A DNA stretch of 64,000 nucleotides from Sminthopsis crassicaudata (Eukaryota): contig NC_133622.1 of assembly GCF_048593235.1 (NCBI RefSeq), positions 193,533,198 to 193,597,197 on the forward strand, given 5' to 3'. The notes under the pieces were generated by a model that had not been told where the DNA came from, searched no databases, and saw only the letters and a list, made by a program, of their open reading frames with translations. The stretch's first letter is position 1. Every line of letters starts with the position of its first letter. Of this stretch, positions 33,563-47,844 are shown in pieces. The position numbers and the translations under genes are program-made.

Positions 33563-33988
33563 TAGACATACTGGGTTTAATTTGGCTCTTAGGATCTGGA
33601 TAGCTTAAACATAGCTTAAAAACATACAAGTTAACCACACCCTGGGAAATAATACATACCCACAGAAGACCCAGAGATGGAAATAAACTGAGTATGGGGC
33701 AGGTAGAATTGTATTCTTGGCCACTGGGAAGGAGGGAGTTAGGGAGGAGCATCATGTGGAAAGAAAAGGATTCTTCTGGAAGGAAGAAAAGGATGGCAGA
33801 AATGGGAGCCAGCAGAGGGAGCAATGAGCTAGTAAGTGATTTAGGTAAGTGTATGCAGTATCCCCTGATTCTGTGAAGTGGCAAAGGAGCTAGCACTTGG
33901 ACATGAAGGGACTGAGCGCTCTAAGGCCTGAACCTGGGACCTGAACTAAATTCCCTTGCATTCTTCCCCCTTTTATTTTTAGATCCCC

Positions 33989-34022
<34 letters not shown>

Positions 34023-34474
34023 CTCCTTCATGACATCCCAGATAAGTAGTCAGTCAGCCTTTCATTTAAGACTTCTATTGATGGAAAACTCACTGATTTC
34101 CATTTGGGTGCAGTTTCAATTCTTAGGAAACTTCTTGCATGGAGCTTAGATCTGACTCTGTACCTTTCACCCATTTCTCTCTGTTTTGCCTTCAGGGGCC
34201 AACGCAAACATCAAATCTCTTTTCCACTTGACAAGCCTTCAAATACTGTAAGATAGCATGTCCTAAATATTCTGTTTTTCAGACTAAACATCCCCAGTTC
34301 ATTTAACCCATTCTCCCGGGACATAAAAAAGGCAACCTGACACAATAGCAAAGAATAGGTTGGCAGCTATGTGTACTTGGCTGGAATACTGGCTCTGCTA
34401 GTATATGACTGGACAAATAACTTCGTCTCTCATGAGGCTCAAGTTCCTCATCTGTAAAGTAAGGGAGTTGTACA

Positions 34475-34513
<39 letters not shown>

Positions 34514-34559
34514 AATACATATATGTAAGAGAGAGACAGAGAAAGAAAAAGAGAGAGAA

Positions 34560-34790
34560 GTGACGTAGCTAGGTAATGCTGTAGTAGATGGAGCACCAGG
34601 CTTGAAATAGGAAGATTCATCTTCTTGAGTTCAAACTTGGATTCAAGGTAGTCTGGGCCAGTCACTTAATTCTGTTTGCCTCAGTTTCCTCATACATAAA
34701 ATAAGCTAGAGAAAAAATGGCAAACCACTCAGTATGTTTGCCTTAGAAAACTCCAAATGGGGTCACAAAGAATCAGACACGAATGAACAA
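34560..34790 (+). mobile_element. CORE-SINE (MAR1/MIR-like)
   Basis: tRNA-like head, core gtcacttaattctgtttgcctcagtttcctcat, tail ccaaatggggtcacaaagaatcagacacgaatgaacaa. Confidence 0.7.
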
Positions 34791-37700
34791 TAAAGTTGCT
34801 AGATTATCTGCAAACTCTTCAGGCTTGAACTTCTAAGATCCTAAACATGATTACCATCGTCTCTCCTGGACTACCTGAAAAGTGATTACTATCCCTTTGA
34901 CTAGCTCCAGGGTCTCCATGGTTCTCCTAAAATCTGGAGTCCAAATGTGGTCTTATCTTGCTTGGTTATATTTATAACCTCCATTTGGAACTCTTAAACT
35001 TTCTCTCTCTTAATATAGTTTGCATTAGAATTTTTCTTTTCTTTGCCTCTTTGTTGACTCAATTTAAAAGATAGGTTGAGTCATCTTCTGGAGAGGGATA
35101 TAGTATATGCCACAAAGGTTCATAAGAATGGGATTTTCTGGAGGTTTGCAAATTTAATCAGAGTCCTTAAAATGCAATGGAAGAGAGAAGGAGAAAAGAA
35201 GCTTCCTAGTTCCACTAAGCTAAATACCAGAGTAGAGTTACAATATAGAAAGGGTAATGGTTAAAATGCTCAGAAATCCACATACTAAATCCAGAGGAAG
35301 CTCGCAATAAATCACCTGTTGAATTATTGGAATGAACATTAAATTCACCTGCTATCATAGCTATTCAGATGTAGGACAATTAGTACACTTTCTTGGAAAA
35401 ATGATTCAAATGAAGAACTATTTATTTGGAGGACAAAAAAATTACTGTTTCTTTTTTTTTAAGTTGAGGCAACTGGAGTTTAATGATCTGCTCAGAATTT
35501 AAACCTTTTGATTTTAGGGCCAGTGCTCTCTCTATTATACTAACTGCTCCTACTGTGGTACTTTAGATACAACAGTATCTAACCGGTCTGGTTGGGATAA
35601 ATTTCAGTGAGAGGTAATCTTGACAGTTAGTTGCAACCTATAAAAATATGTGCAAAAGAAAAAGTTTTCATTGGATTTTAATATTACTATGGCAAATACC
35701 ATAAGTTTGAATCAACACTCAAAACAATATTGAGAACAAATATTTTTAATTAAAAAGAATTGAGATGTGCTGGTAAATGCAATAATCCTTGTTATCTTCA
35801 CTATTTGTACTTGGTTGGAATTCCCATTTATACACGACTCCTCAAACTCTTTATTTTCATTACATTATCTCAGACTAGCTAATATTATGTCTATTTCTTA
35901 CATTACAGTAGTACAAAAAAAGGACAATTTGCTCAAAATAGACTTGCAGGGTAAAAATTTGTATAATACATTAAATGGACAATACTCAACAGCTGGTGTC
36001 CAAATTCACAGCATCTCCCAATCCCTGGAAATGAACATTTAACCTGACCCCAGTCCCACAGTCAAGCAAATAATCCCCAATCTTGGAAATTAGGATATGG
36101 GAACTTAATAACTTTGTGTATTTCATGACTAGGAAAGGTTTTTGATCATCTTGTCCTGACCACCATGAATCAGTAAATTTTCAAGATTCTTAATGGCAGT
36201 AATGCATGGATTCCATGGCATTGATGTCTGGCATTAGAAGGAACTGAGAGAAACCTCAGTATCTATAATAGCTGTCATATCAATTCTTCAAAGTATGACA
36301 TCTGGAGAAGAGTAAAAACAAATGTCTGCATGTTTTGACCAGATAAGGAACAGCATCCGAGGAATATGCTAGCTCCATAACCATTTTCTTTGCATTCCTT
36401 CCTTCATCTTCCTTTTCCCTTCTACTCCCTGCTTCAAACTTTGTCCCACTTACCTGTTTGTTTCATTGTGCAAGTCTGAGCTGGGAGCAGGCTGGGTAAC
36501 ATCATATGTATGGGAGGGCCAGTTAATTTGATTGCCACAACTTATTTCATAATGTATGGGAAATCTATTGTTTTGACCATTTTCTACAGCCTTTAGAAGG
36601 ATATTTACTATTCAGGATCTTTGTAATTGCAAATGCAATCTTTTTTTTATGAACTGCTTGTCAGTAAATATATATATGACCACAAAAATTTGTGATTGCC
36701 TTCTGGCCCATTTCACAGATATCCCAATATATGAAATATTAACTTAAAAGCCTTGAGTCAATATTAGACTGGCGACTACAACTAGAGCATGGTTTTGTGT
36801 CTGGACACAGTATCAAGAGAATTGAGTTAAATTAAAAATCCAAACCGGGAACAAACTGAATGGCACATTTGTTATTGTTGAATGGCAACATGATATTGTT
36901 GATAATGATGACGATGTTTTACCATAAGACCTGTTGTGAGTTAATGGTTACCTGAGTGAGGTAAGAGTTCTGAGACACTGAGAAAAATTTTTCAGAACCC
37001 AGCTAGCTAACACTATTAAAAGCAGAATCTCTATTTCCGTGAGAATGAACCCAACAAACAAGCAAATACCAATGATCCATGAGATTGAGTTGGACTCTCT
37101 CCCTTTCCTTTTCTATCTCCTTCACCCTTCAATTACAAAGCTCAAAAATCCAAAGTGTACACTCTACAAGAGGTGAGAGAGAATTCCTTTATACTTTGCA
37201 CTTCCATCAGTCAATTCCCTAGAAACTTTAAGATTCAAGAAAAATTAACATATATTAGATATGGGACCTTTCCTGTATAAAAAGAGAATACTGAAAAGCC
37301 ATTTTTCAAAATTTCTGCTGTATGTGTATTTTCTCCAGTCCTCTCCAACTAAACATATATCCTAGTCATCCAGAGAAGACATCTACCTCAAGAAGCAAGC
37401 TAGAGAACTTTTATTAACTCTTTATTTCCAGTTTTTCTGAAGCCTTACGTTTACAGTGAATAATAATCTTCAATACATCTCTTTCAGATAAATAAATTTA
37501 GTGCTTGAAGGTCATGCTTCTTTTTCCTTTTTAAAATGTGCGTATTGATATACCATAAAAATAACTTATTTGAAAATTTTTAAGGTTGAATTTAAAATGG
37601 GTAGGGTAAATTGATAAATTCTTTTTGTTTTTAAGAAAGGCAAATCTTTGCATTATAAAAAATGGATATGAAAATTTTAGAGAAATATGAGACTTGTATG

Positions 37701-40700
37701 AATTGATGCAGAGTGAAGTAAGCAGAAACAAGAAAACAATGTATATTATGCAAATATACATTGTAAAACACAAAAATGTAAATAGAATAGGAAAAAAGTT
37801 AACCTGAATGCAGTGCTATTATTTAAATGAAGCTTGGTCCAGGAAAAGACATGAGAAAATGTACAGCCCTCTCCTGTTCTTTCTACAGGTAGTGCTATGG
37901 ATATGGATAATTGCATGCACTGTCAGAATCTATTGGTCTGTTGCTTAGTTTTGCTAAACTTGTTTTTCTTTTATTTTTTGTTCTTTGTCAAGAGAATTGG
38001 CTTCAAAGGCTGAGAGAGTGGGGAAGAATATATTGAAAATGAGATCTTTCTATCCATCTATCTGTCTATCTCTGTGTGTATTCATCCCTGCAGCAGGAAT
38101 GAACTGTAGTACTTCCCATAGAGTTGGCCATATGCTCTGGCCACTTCCGATAAATGTGACCCGGCAACTCCTGATTGATTCCTTGATCTTTATGACTGAG
38201 ATTACATCAAAAACTACTGTTCCCCGGAGTTAGTAGAATCCTTGATCTCTCCCCCATTCCTAGCAGGCTATAAGAGTAGTAGAAAGAGTCATCTTCTTTT
38301 TAGTTGGCTCCTGTGATACTTTCTGCATTTCTCCTTAGGATTTCCAGTAAGTAAAGAAGTAGAGAATGTTTTTCTTCTTCTCAGTGGCGATCGCAATTAT
38401 TGGCACACGGTGAGCAACAGATGCTTACCTAGGTGAGCCCAAGATCCTAGTTGGTTTTCTCTGTCTCTGCGTTTCTTCCCCAAGAATAAAACTATATTCA
38501 GAAGCCAGCGAACCTGTTAGAGGGTTGTTAAATTTGAAGGCAAACTCAGGCTGGCCAGGAGATCTGAATCTTATGAGTTGCCTAGACAGTATAGGTCTGA
38601 GGTGAAAGTGAAATCATCTTTTTAAAGAAGTTTCACTATGTTGTCTTTACCTTTCAGGAGACTATAATGATGTTAACAGGGTTTTTCTGGTGTGTGTGTG
38701 TGTATATATATAAAGTATTTCTTTTGTGGTGAAGGAAATAAATAGCTGTCCTATATCTTTTATCTGTTTTGAACATTGGTATCTTTTTGAGAAGAGATAC
38801 AGTTAATCAATTTGGGGAAGGAACATGGAAGTACATTTTCTGAAAGAGGGTTCAATTAATCCCCTAATCTAATCCAAATCTAATTTTGTAGAAGAAACAC
38901 ACCTAGCCTTTGTGTTAGAGATTTTTTTAACCATACTCTACAAGCCAAAGAGATCAAGAGGAGCCTTGATTTCTTGTCTTTGGGGTTAAGCAATCTCCAA
39001 GATGAATCCATAATCTGCTTGAGCTTAGAACCAGAATACTTTCTGAGCAAGAACTTCCTCTTACCATAGGTCACAGAAAAAGAAGAAAATCTTATGAACT
39101 CAGAAAAATAGATCTCATTCAACATGATGTGGAGTTCATGATATACTGATGGAAAAGGCAGTTCAGAGCATCTCTGCTGTGAATAAAACTCCCCACACAT
39201 TTTTGGGAAACATAAACAATAGAGAAATATATGGTCTATGCCTAAATGTGTGTCCCTTACAATGTTCTTTGAGAACATTTGCCTTCCATGTAGAGAATAG
39301 ATTGAAGCATGATGAATCCAAAAGTAAGGTGGTCAATTAGAACAATATTGACTCTTAAAAAAAAAAGGTGATGAGAAGCCCAAATAGGATAGAGTGGGCC
39401 TGACTGCAGCTGGTCCCCATTTCATTAGGTTTGCTATTGGAACAAACTGAGATGCTCAAAGGTCATCCAACAGTTAACAAAAGGAGGTTTATATGCCATG
39501 ATAGAGAGGATATTCAACAAAGATCCTGCCACGTTTGGCTCAGGTAAACAAGGCCCACTTGGAAATGTGTGTGGTTGAGGGGAGAAAGGGAAACCTGATA
39601 GCAGTCTTATCATAAAGTCACATGAAAAGAGAGAAGGGGGCAGGCACTAGACATATCGAGGGATGTGACTGACAAGACTTGAGACCTGACTGAATATGGG
39701 AGTAAGAGTCAAGAATGATTCTGAGGTTGTTAACTTGATGACAGGAGACTGAAATGCCTGCAATAGAAACACAGACATTTGGAGAAGGGCTAAGATTGAG
39801 GGAATTTTTAGTTGAGTTTAATTTGAGGTGCTGGTAAGACATAAATCTAATACCAGTTATAATGATGAAGACCAAGAATTTAGGAGGGAGACAAGACTGT
39901 TATAAGATTTAAAAATCATCTATATAGAGGTGATGCAAACAGGGAGAATCAGGTTTGATATAAAAATTTCTGAAAAACTGGAACTCCACTGAACTAGAAT
40001 GAATGCCCTTGAAAGGTAATGAGTTCTTCCTTACCAAGGGTTTTCATACTAACATAATGGAGACTCATAATGGAGGGAATTTTTGTCCCAGCACTAGTAG
40101 AATTAGATGGACCTGGAGGTCCCTTCCAATTCTAAGATTCAAGACTAATATTAATGCTACTATTTCATAAAGGCTCTAGGATATTTTAAAAAATTGATCA
40201 CTTTTGTTTTACATAAGTTCTGTTTTCCTTTATACCCCATCTCTGTCCCTTCCTAGAGAGCCATCTTCTGTAGTGAAGAATTTTAAGAGAGAGAAAATTC
40301 ACAGTTCAGCAAAACTAACCCACATATTACCTAAATATAATGTTCCAAATTCATTTGTCATCCCCCCTTCCAAACAGAGAAAAGGTATTTTTTCATCTCT
40401 TCTTTGGGACTAAGCTTGGTCATCATAAATTAATAGCATTCAGTTTTTTCTTTGTTGCTCTTTTCATTTATATTGTTGTAGGTATTGCCTATACTGTTTT
40501 CCTTCCCTAGGATTTAAATTTTTTACACCCTGTTCATATGAAAACACCAATCCTGCCCCCCAAATTCTAGACCTCTTATCCCCTAGTCTCAGCATGGTTG
40601 CCTTGCTGGAGCTGTCCAGGCTGAGGGAACCATACTCATTGTCATCACCATGGATTTGTGGGTTAGCCAGGGCTGGGTTTCAGGAAAGCTGTGAAGGCTT

Positions 40701-43700
40701 GGGAGGATGTTAGTGGAGGCTCAGATGATCCTAATGTGAACATAGTGGGGGCAGGAGAGAAGACTCTAGTGATCTTGGTAGGTTCTACTCAGTTACTGTT
40801 TCCAAGGTTCCTCTTGTGCACATGTAGGTTATGTGTGCCCTTATGGGTCTGGCTAGATGTGGCTTGCAGGGAGGTAATAATGGATGTCTCTAGGGTTTAC
40901 TCTAACCTTCTCTAAGGGAGACTGTTCTTGTAGAAGGAGAAACAAGTTTGAGACCAGGGGCTGATCATACAACTCCACTGCACTTAAATTCCAATTCAGA
41001 TGCAAGTTAAGGCAACACTTATGGTATGTTGGTCCTGTTTGAAAACAAAGGATGAACAACAATACTACATCTGCTCTCTTTAGAGGGAGTTGCCAGAATT
41101 ATATTCATCTTCTTATTCCTTAAATATTATTACTCTAGGCAAACAAAACAAAATAAAAAAATTAAGTTCAAACAACTCTCCTGATCACTGAACCGAGTGT
41201 CCTAAGCTACATACCTGAGACTTGACTACCTTGCTGATAAATGCCAGTTCCACAATTAATTCACATAGCAGATTGTTAATCCGTTTATCCAAGTGAACAG
41301 CAAAATAGAAATCGGAGAAAGTATACAAAGGACCATATGTACCACATAATCTAGCCTGAATGAATTTTTTTGGGGAGAAGGGAAATAATTAAATTCTCTC
41401 AACTAAGAGTGAAGAGGGCCAGATCTCACCCAAAGGCAAATTCCCTGAAGTTTCTAGTGTAGTAAGCTGGGGAAAGGGATATGATCTAGTGCCTGCTCCT
41501 CTACATGTTGACATCTTCCTAGAGTTTCTCCCCCTTCAGAAACTTGAAGAGAGTCTGACATGAGAATTTTCTCCTTTGAAGCTAAAATCCAGAAGACCAG
41601 GATCTCTCTTCTCTCCAGTTCTCACCAGGGCAGATGAGTACCAAGACATTAGTCTCCAGTCATGAGGAAAGTTCCGTACAATGGGCCCTTTGAACCTAGG
41701 GTTACAAATGAAACAAATGGATCATGGAAATCTTCTTTCTATAATCTTTCCCACTCCCCCTCTCTCATTGCCCAGGACTGAGCATACTTGTGGATCCAGC
41801 TGGTGCAAAGAGAATTTGATCACAGCTATTATGTGTATGTAGGGTGTGTGTGTGTGGGGGGAGGATGACCTCTGGAGCAGCCCCCTGCTCTATATGTCAC
41901 AATGCCTTTCCTCTCCCCTGGCAGTGTACGTCCCCAGAATGGCAGGCCCGATAGGGAGGAGGTGAGGAGTGGGGAGGTTGGGGAGGGAGAAGAGGAAAAC
42001 AGGACTTCACAGTAATGACTGTGTTCCAACAGAGCTAGCCAGATCTTGCTTGTTCCCTGTGTTTGGCAAGGAGCTAATCTGGGGTCTCTAGGGCTGCCTG
42101 CCATGCAGGTCCCAGCTGTCTTGAGTTTATTGTTCTCTTCCTAATAACTTTAGTCCTACTCTACTTTGGTTCTGACACTGACACCCATCCCTCACTTCCT
42201 CACCAGAGTTCTTGTCTCCCCATCTGTGGTTCCTCCTTCAGAACTCCCCATTTCCTCCTGTGTTCCAAACCTCTTCTGATTTGCCCCAGAGATACTACTC
42301 ACAAGGTCTCCAATTTTCCATCCTTCTTTCTCTTATCTCTGCTTTTTCATCCTTGTATCTCTATCCCTTTCTCCTTACCCATGTCTTAGCCCTCCCTGCC
42401 TCCCTAGCCCCATTTTTCCATCTGTCTCTTTCTCAGCCCTGTCTCCCTCATTCCTATCTTCTCATCTTTGAGGCAGCATGCTATAATGGACAAGATACTG
42501 ACTTAAGATTCAAAAGAACCTGAATTCAAGTCCTGCTTCAGGAACTTACTAGTTATAGGATTCATTTTCTTCACCTATAAAAGAAGGGAGTAGACTTGAT
42601 GACTTCTAAGATTCCTTTGATTTCTAAAACTAAGAACCTACAACTAATGATCTTCCCATCTCTGCCTTACATTCCCCACCCCTATTCATCTCTCCTCCTT
42701 TCTCAAGTTATTGTTTCCATCTCTTTTATATCTGCATCATCCCCTTGGGCTTCTCAGCCACATTTTATGTTATTATTTCTCTCTCTCCTCTTAGATATCC
42801 TTTTTTGACCTGTGTTTTCCATGTTACTGGTTTCTCCTGGCTTTTCTCTTATCTCTTTAATTATTCCTCCATCTCAGACTTCATAAATAGAGATTTGGTA
42901 TCCAGATTATGGGAGGGAAAAGCCCTTCTGGACAATTTCCTGGACAATGGAGTTATTGGATTCAATTCTGGGCAACACATTTCAGGAAATGAGCCATTCA
43001 CTGGTTCCTTATCTTCCTTTTGCCACTTATGCCCAAGTTTCCCCTCATTCTAATCTAAGTCCTCTTCTTTCTCTCTCTCTCTTCCTTGATGATTTTGTCT
43101 ACTTCTGTAGTTCCATTATGACTGTCTCTGTGTATATAATATATATTTGTACAGATGATACCCATATCTATACTGTCATCCCTGATAGCTCCCCTGAGCT
43201 CCAGTCCTGCTGGCAGAGACATTACTAGCAATTTTTGCCTTGGGAAAGTGTTATGAAATAACGTAACATCAAATCAGCTTTCTAAGATAAATTTGGTTGT
43301 CAGGGAACAGACCTAGGATACTAAGAAGTTACTGCTGAATAGACCACTGCCTGCAGGGGATGTTTACCTGAGATGCAATAAAAGCTAGAAAGCTGGAGAA
43401 AGAGGCTGCATGGTAACTTACTATTTTAAATCATGATTCTTACTAACAAAATACTAAGAACCATTATTTCTATGTTCCTGAATGATTACTAACGTTATCA
43501 GTGTCTAATAATTTGCACCGTGGGGCAGAATCTCAGTCACCATGCCCTAGTTATATGTCTCTTCCTTTTGGACATTTTCCACAAGGATGTTCTTGTGGCA
43601 GATCAAACTCAACCTTAAATTCTAACCTTCTCCTCAAACTCTGCCCCAGCTCAAGTGCTCCATTGTTATCCAAAATGCATGGAGATACATCAAGAAGTGA

Positions 43701-44193
43701 TGAAGACAAACTCTTGTCCACAAATTCTCCAAACAGATCTAGAAAATGTATCTGGCTGGATCCTGATGGGAAATTCCAGAAGAAGTCACAGTGAGTTCTT
43801 TCTCCATCCCAGATTGGTAAAAGGAGACAAAACCCAGAGGTCTACGGATGCTAAGGACTGGGTCATGGCAGGAATACACTCCACTCCAGCTTCCAGGGGG
43901 AGGCTGAGCACCAGGGTAAGAAAAGGTTGCAGACTTATCAGGGCACTAAGAGACCCATACTGGGTCACTCTGATAGGGAGTAAATTGTACCTTTGTCACC
44001 CACTACCCAGTTCTGGGTCACAGAACCAGGGCAGACAGAGGAATAACTGGAGCAGGAATCCCAGACCAAGGAGAAGGCTGACAATTCTGCCATTGTAAAA
44101 CCAACAGTGCTTCCCAACTGGCTGGTAATGACTGAACCCAGCGGCAATCTACTCTTGTACAGATCCAAACTCGGGTCAGAACACGCAGAACTC

Positions 44194-44195
<2 letters not shown>

Positions 44196-44239
<44 letters not shown>
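44196..44239. repeat. (GT)n microsatellite
   Basis: 22 GT units starting at a CAG|GT donor-like junction. Confidence 0.97.
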
Positions 44240-44243
<4 letters not shown>

Positions 44244-46399
44244 GGGGGATGACAAACTTTGTCCCAGATCAAACCACTTTGGTAGCATTGAAAGCTTTCA
44301 GGTCCACAGTCTGTCCCTAAGATCCTGGAATAACAAGCCACTATACCCCCAAGAAAGCAGCAACAGGACCAGTCTGGACCTTCCCTGCAGAAGTGTGGCA
44401 ACTCTAATATCAAGTCTTAAGTCAGAAAGTAGGCTGGAAGAATGGGCAAAGAAGCAACGAAAAATAACCCTACCATAATGAGCTGGTATAATAGTGGCAA
44501 GGGTGCTAAGATACAAATGCAGAGGGAATGATTCCAAAGTATCTACAAACAATACCACACAGAAAAACAAAGTTTGAGCAAAAAACTCAAAAGAAAAAAT
44601 TAGGGAGTCTAATTAGACAATTCCTGGAGTGGCTCTGTTACATTTTGGTGATCTTAAGAGAAGAATGGAAAAAAAGAGAGAAAAAGAAAAAGTGTGGGGG
44701 AGGAAAAGGTTAGGAAAAATTATCACACATAATTAGGGTGCACAAGCAAATATACTTCAGCCTCTTTTGTCAGAACTGATTAAAGGAAGAAAACATGTAG
44801 AGTTAAGTAGAGAAATTTCATCGACAAAGAAAAAGGAAGGAAAGGGAAGAACAGAGGGGAGATTAAGGGAGGGATTATTTCTAAGCAAAAGCAGTTCTAA
44901 GGATGTACCAAAAATATTTATACCTCTTTTTTGTCCTATTAGCTAATATAATAGGTGTGAGATAGTACCTCAGAGTTATTTTAATTTGCATTCCTCTAAT
45001 AAGTAGTGATTTAGAGCATTTTTTTTATTTGACTTCTTTGTTTGAAAGCTGCCTGTTCATATCATTGGACTATCAATTGGGAAATGATTTTTTTAATAGA
45101 TTCTGCCATTGTAATATTCTCTTCTCTTCACTCACACTCTGTAGTTCAAATCCTCATTCCTACTATTTGTCTCTACTCTCTCCCTCTCTATCCTTCACAG
45201 AGCTACCACATCATATTTCTAGTGGACTAGTCTCTTCAGGCCATTCCCTTGTCCCCAAATCTTTAGTAGCTTCTCATTTTCTCAAAGTAGGACATGTATT
45301 TCTGACTCCAGCTTTCAAGATTCTATAATCTGGCTCCAAAACAGCTTTCCAGCCTTATTTCATACTATTCCTCATTCCATACACTGTGTTTCAGGGACGG
45401 AGTGCCTAGAGTGGCCATTCTCTCACCACCTCAACCATTTTCCTACTACAAAACTCAACTCTTGGACCTCCTCTTTCAGGAAATCTTCTTTATAATCTCT
45501 TCCCCCTCATCCCCAGGATGGAACAAGTCATAATGTTTTTATACCTCGATTTCCTCATCTATAAGATGAGGATATGCATCAGACTCAAAGAATCACTAAG
45601 GTCTATCTGAAATGCTATTATTCTATATTGAATTCTCATCCCTGGATACAACTTTTGTGGTGTATATATTGATGTCATATTGTTTTCCTAATGAGTGAGG
45701 GACAGTCAGGAGGGAAGAAAAGAATTTGAAAATAAAATTTAAAAAAAATGAATGTTAAATATATATTTTTAACATATTTAACATGTATTGGACTACCTGC
45801 CATCTAAGGGAGGAGGTGGGGGGAAGAAGGGGAAAAGTTGGAACAGAAGCTTTTATAAGGATCAATGTTAAACAAATTATTCATGGATATGTTTTGTAAA
45901 TGAAAAGCTATAATAATGAAAATGAATGTTAAAAACAATTTTTAAAAAGATTATAAGCTTCTTGAGGGCAGGGCATATGTTCTCTCACCAGGGCTTAGTG
46001 CAGCACTTTGTACATGGTAGATGCTCTATCTGTATTTTTCTGTTGGATTAAGTTGTCTCCCATATCTTATTCTCTCATCTCTTACTCCTCCGTTTTTCTC
46101 TTCTTTATATCCCTATCCCTACTCCCTTATTATTCTGACCTGTTCCACATGAAAGATAAATTTTTGGTAGGGAAAAAAGAAGCAAAATAAGAATGGAGCA
46201 GTTTTCCTTCTCTCTCTCATCTGTTATTGTCTCATTCTTCCTCTGAACTCCCTCTTTTCCTCAACATAGATAAGAACGCCTGACTTGTTTTGTCTTAAAA
46301 TTTTCCCTAGTTCTCTTTTGGATTTTCAACTTCTTTACATTTTTTTAATGGAACTATTTTGTGTTTATCCTCCCTTATCTATTCTCTCTCTTTCCCCAG

Positions 46400-46645
46400 G
46401 ATCCCTGTCAACACAGATCGAATGGGTCCAGCTGGGGGCCGGAGCCTGGAAGCTGGCGAGGGTCCTGAGCTTTTGGAGGGCCATGGAGCACCTTTGAGGA
46501 GTTCACTCACATTCTTGGATGGGGCCCTGGGCCTTGGTATACTCGGACTTGGTGCTCGCCTGGTCCTGGCCCTGGCTGGTCCAGCCATGATGCTCTTGCT
46601 GCTATTTCTGATGTTGAGTTTCCTGATGTTTGATCTTTTGCATGG
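46400..46645 (+). CDS. C20orf141: C20orf141 homologue, first recognisable coding exon (ATG at 46422, or continued from an upstream exon via the acceptor at 46399)
   Basis: IPV...EAGEGPE...FLDGALGLGILGL...GPAMMLLLLFLMLSFLMFDLLHG aligns with recalled human IPV...GAGEG...LLDSVLWLGALGL...GPALLLLLVSFLTFDLLHR. Donor GG|GTAAG; syntenic position. Confidence 0.85.
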
Positions 46646-46734
46646 GTAAGGGGCTGGATCTGCCTCAGCTCACCCCAATTTCTGGGACCTTGTGCTCTGA
46701 CCTCAGTCTCATCTTGGGTTTCCTTTCCTTCTAG

Positions 46735-46951
46735 GCCCCAGGATTTGCCTCTGCCTCAAAGACCAACTTTTAGACCCCTTGGCCCAGGAGGGGGTGGTGA
46801 AGGCCCTCGCTTGCAAGAACCACTGCTCCCTCCTGTCTTGAGCCAAATCTTGGATGGATTCCTGCTCTTCACAGGCCTAGGTCTCATCTTTGGGGCTCTG
46901 ATGCCCTTCAGTATCTTTAGCCTTATAGTCAGCCTACAGGCGCTGGCCTGA
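46735..46951 (+). CDS. C20orf141: C20orf141 homologue, last coding exon
   Basis: Acceptor ttcctttccttctag|, phase 2 join. PQDLPLPQR...GGGEGPRLQEPLL...LDGFLLFTGLG..GALMPF aligns with human LPQRK...GAGEGPGQQEALL...QDALLLLLMGLG..RACGMPL. Confidence 0.85.
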
Positions 46952-47844
46952 AACAAAGCCCTCTGTTCTCTGGAAACCAGAAGGCTTTAAGAGCCTCCTC
47001 ACCAAAATACACGAGGATTGCCCAAATTCTGCCTCTGAATTTCCTTTCCAGGTTACCTCTAGGCCATCCTATCTAGGCCCCACTAGGCTTGGAAAGAAAG
47101 CCTCAAATTAGTTCCAGAGTTTGAGAACAAAAGGCTCTGGAGTCACAGTGGACTTTAGTCTACTTAGTAGCCTAAACCTTGGACCTATAGGTCTAACCCC
47201 AATGGTGCTGCAAGGAACCTTCTGCCATACAATTAAAGCCTTAGGATTTATAATTCAAAAAAGCCTTCAGAGATCATTTGGTCCAACCCTCTCGTTTTAC
47301 AGAGGAACAAATTGAGAATGGGAGAGGCAAAGGAATTTGGCAGTACCCTGTAAATAAGAGGAAGAATTTCATGAATTTTAAGGGTCTATGACTTTGGGGC
47401 CATGGATCCATGGTTCACTAATCTTATCCTTGGCTTGGACAGTCCGAGGAATGGATGGTTAAGGAGAACAGTTTGATGCAGAAGCTGGAGACAGTACTAG
47501 CTCTGGTTTATGATCTGAGGAGGATCTGGAGAGATAATTCTATGGCAGTTTCTTTAGCACACTGACTAAATCAAGAAGGATGTAGGTCAGAACTCAGGCA
47601 GGCTTTTTGGCCAGGAAGTGTTTAGAAACTAGGGAATTAGGGGGAAGAGGGAAATTGGGTCGACATGACTTTCCTTGGAGAATACAAAATCACAGAGCAA
47701 GGAAGAAGCTTAGAGTTCTTCTAGTTCAAACTTTTCATCTTAATTTTACTAAGGGGGAAACTGAGGCCCAGAAGTATTGATAGAATACAGTTTCTAAGAG
47801 AAATCTGGCAGTAATCCTGAGGTCCTCTGATCTTAGAGTGCTAT

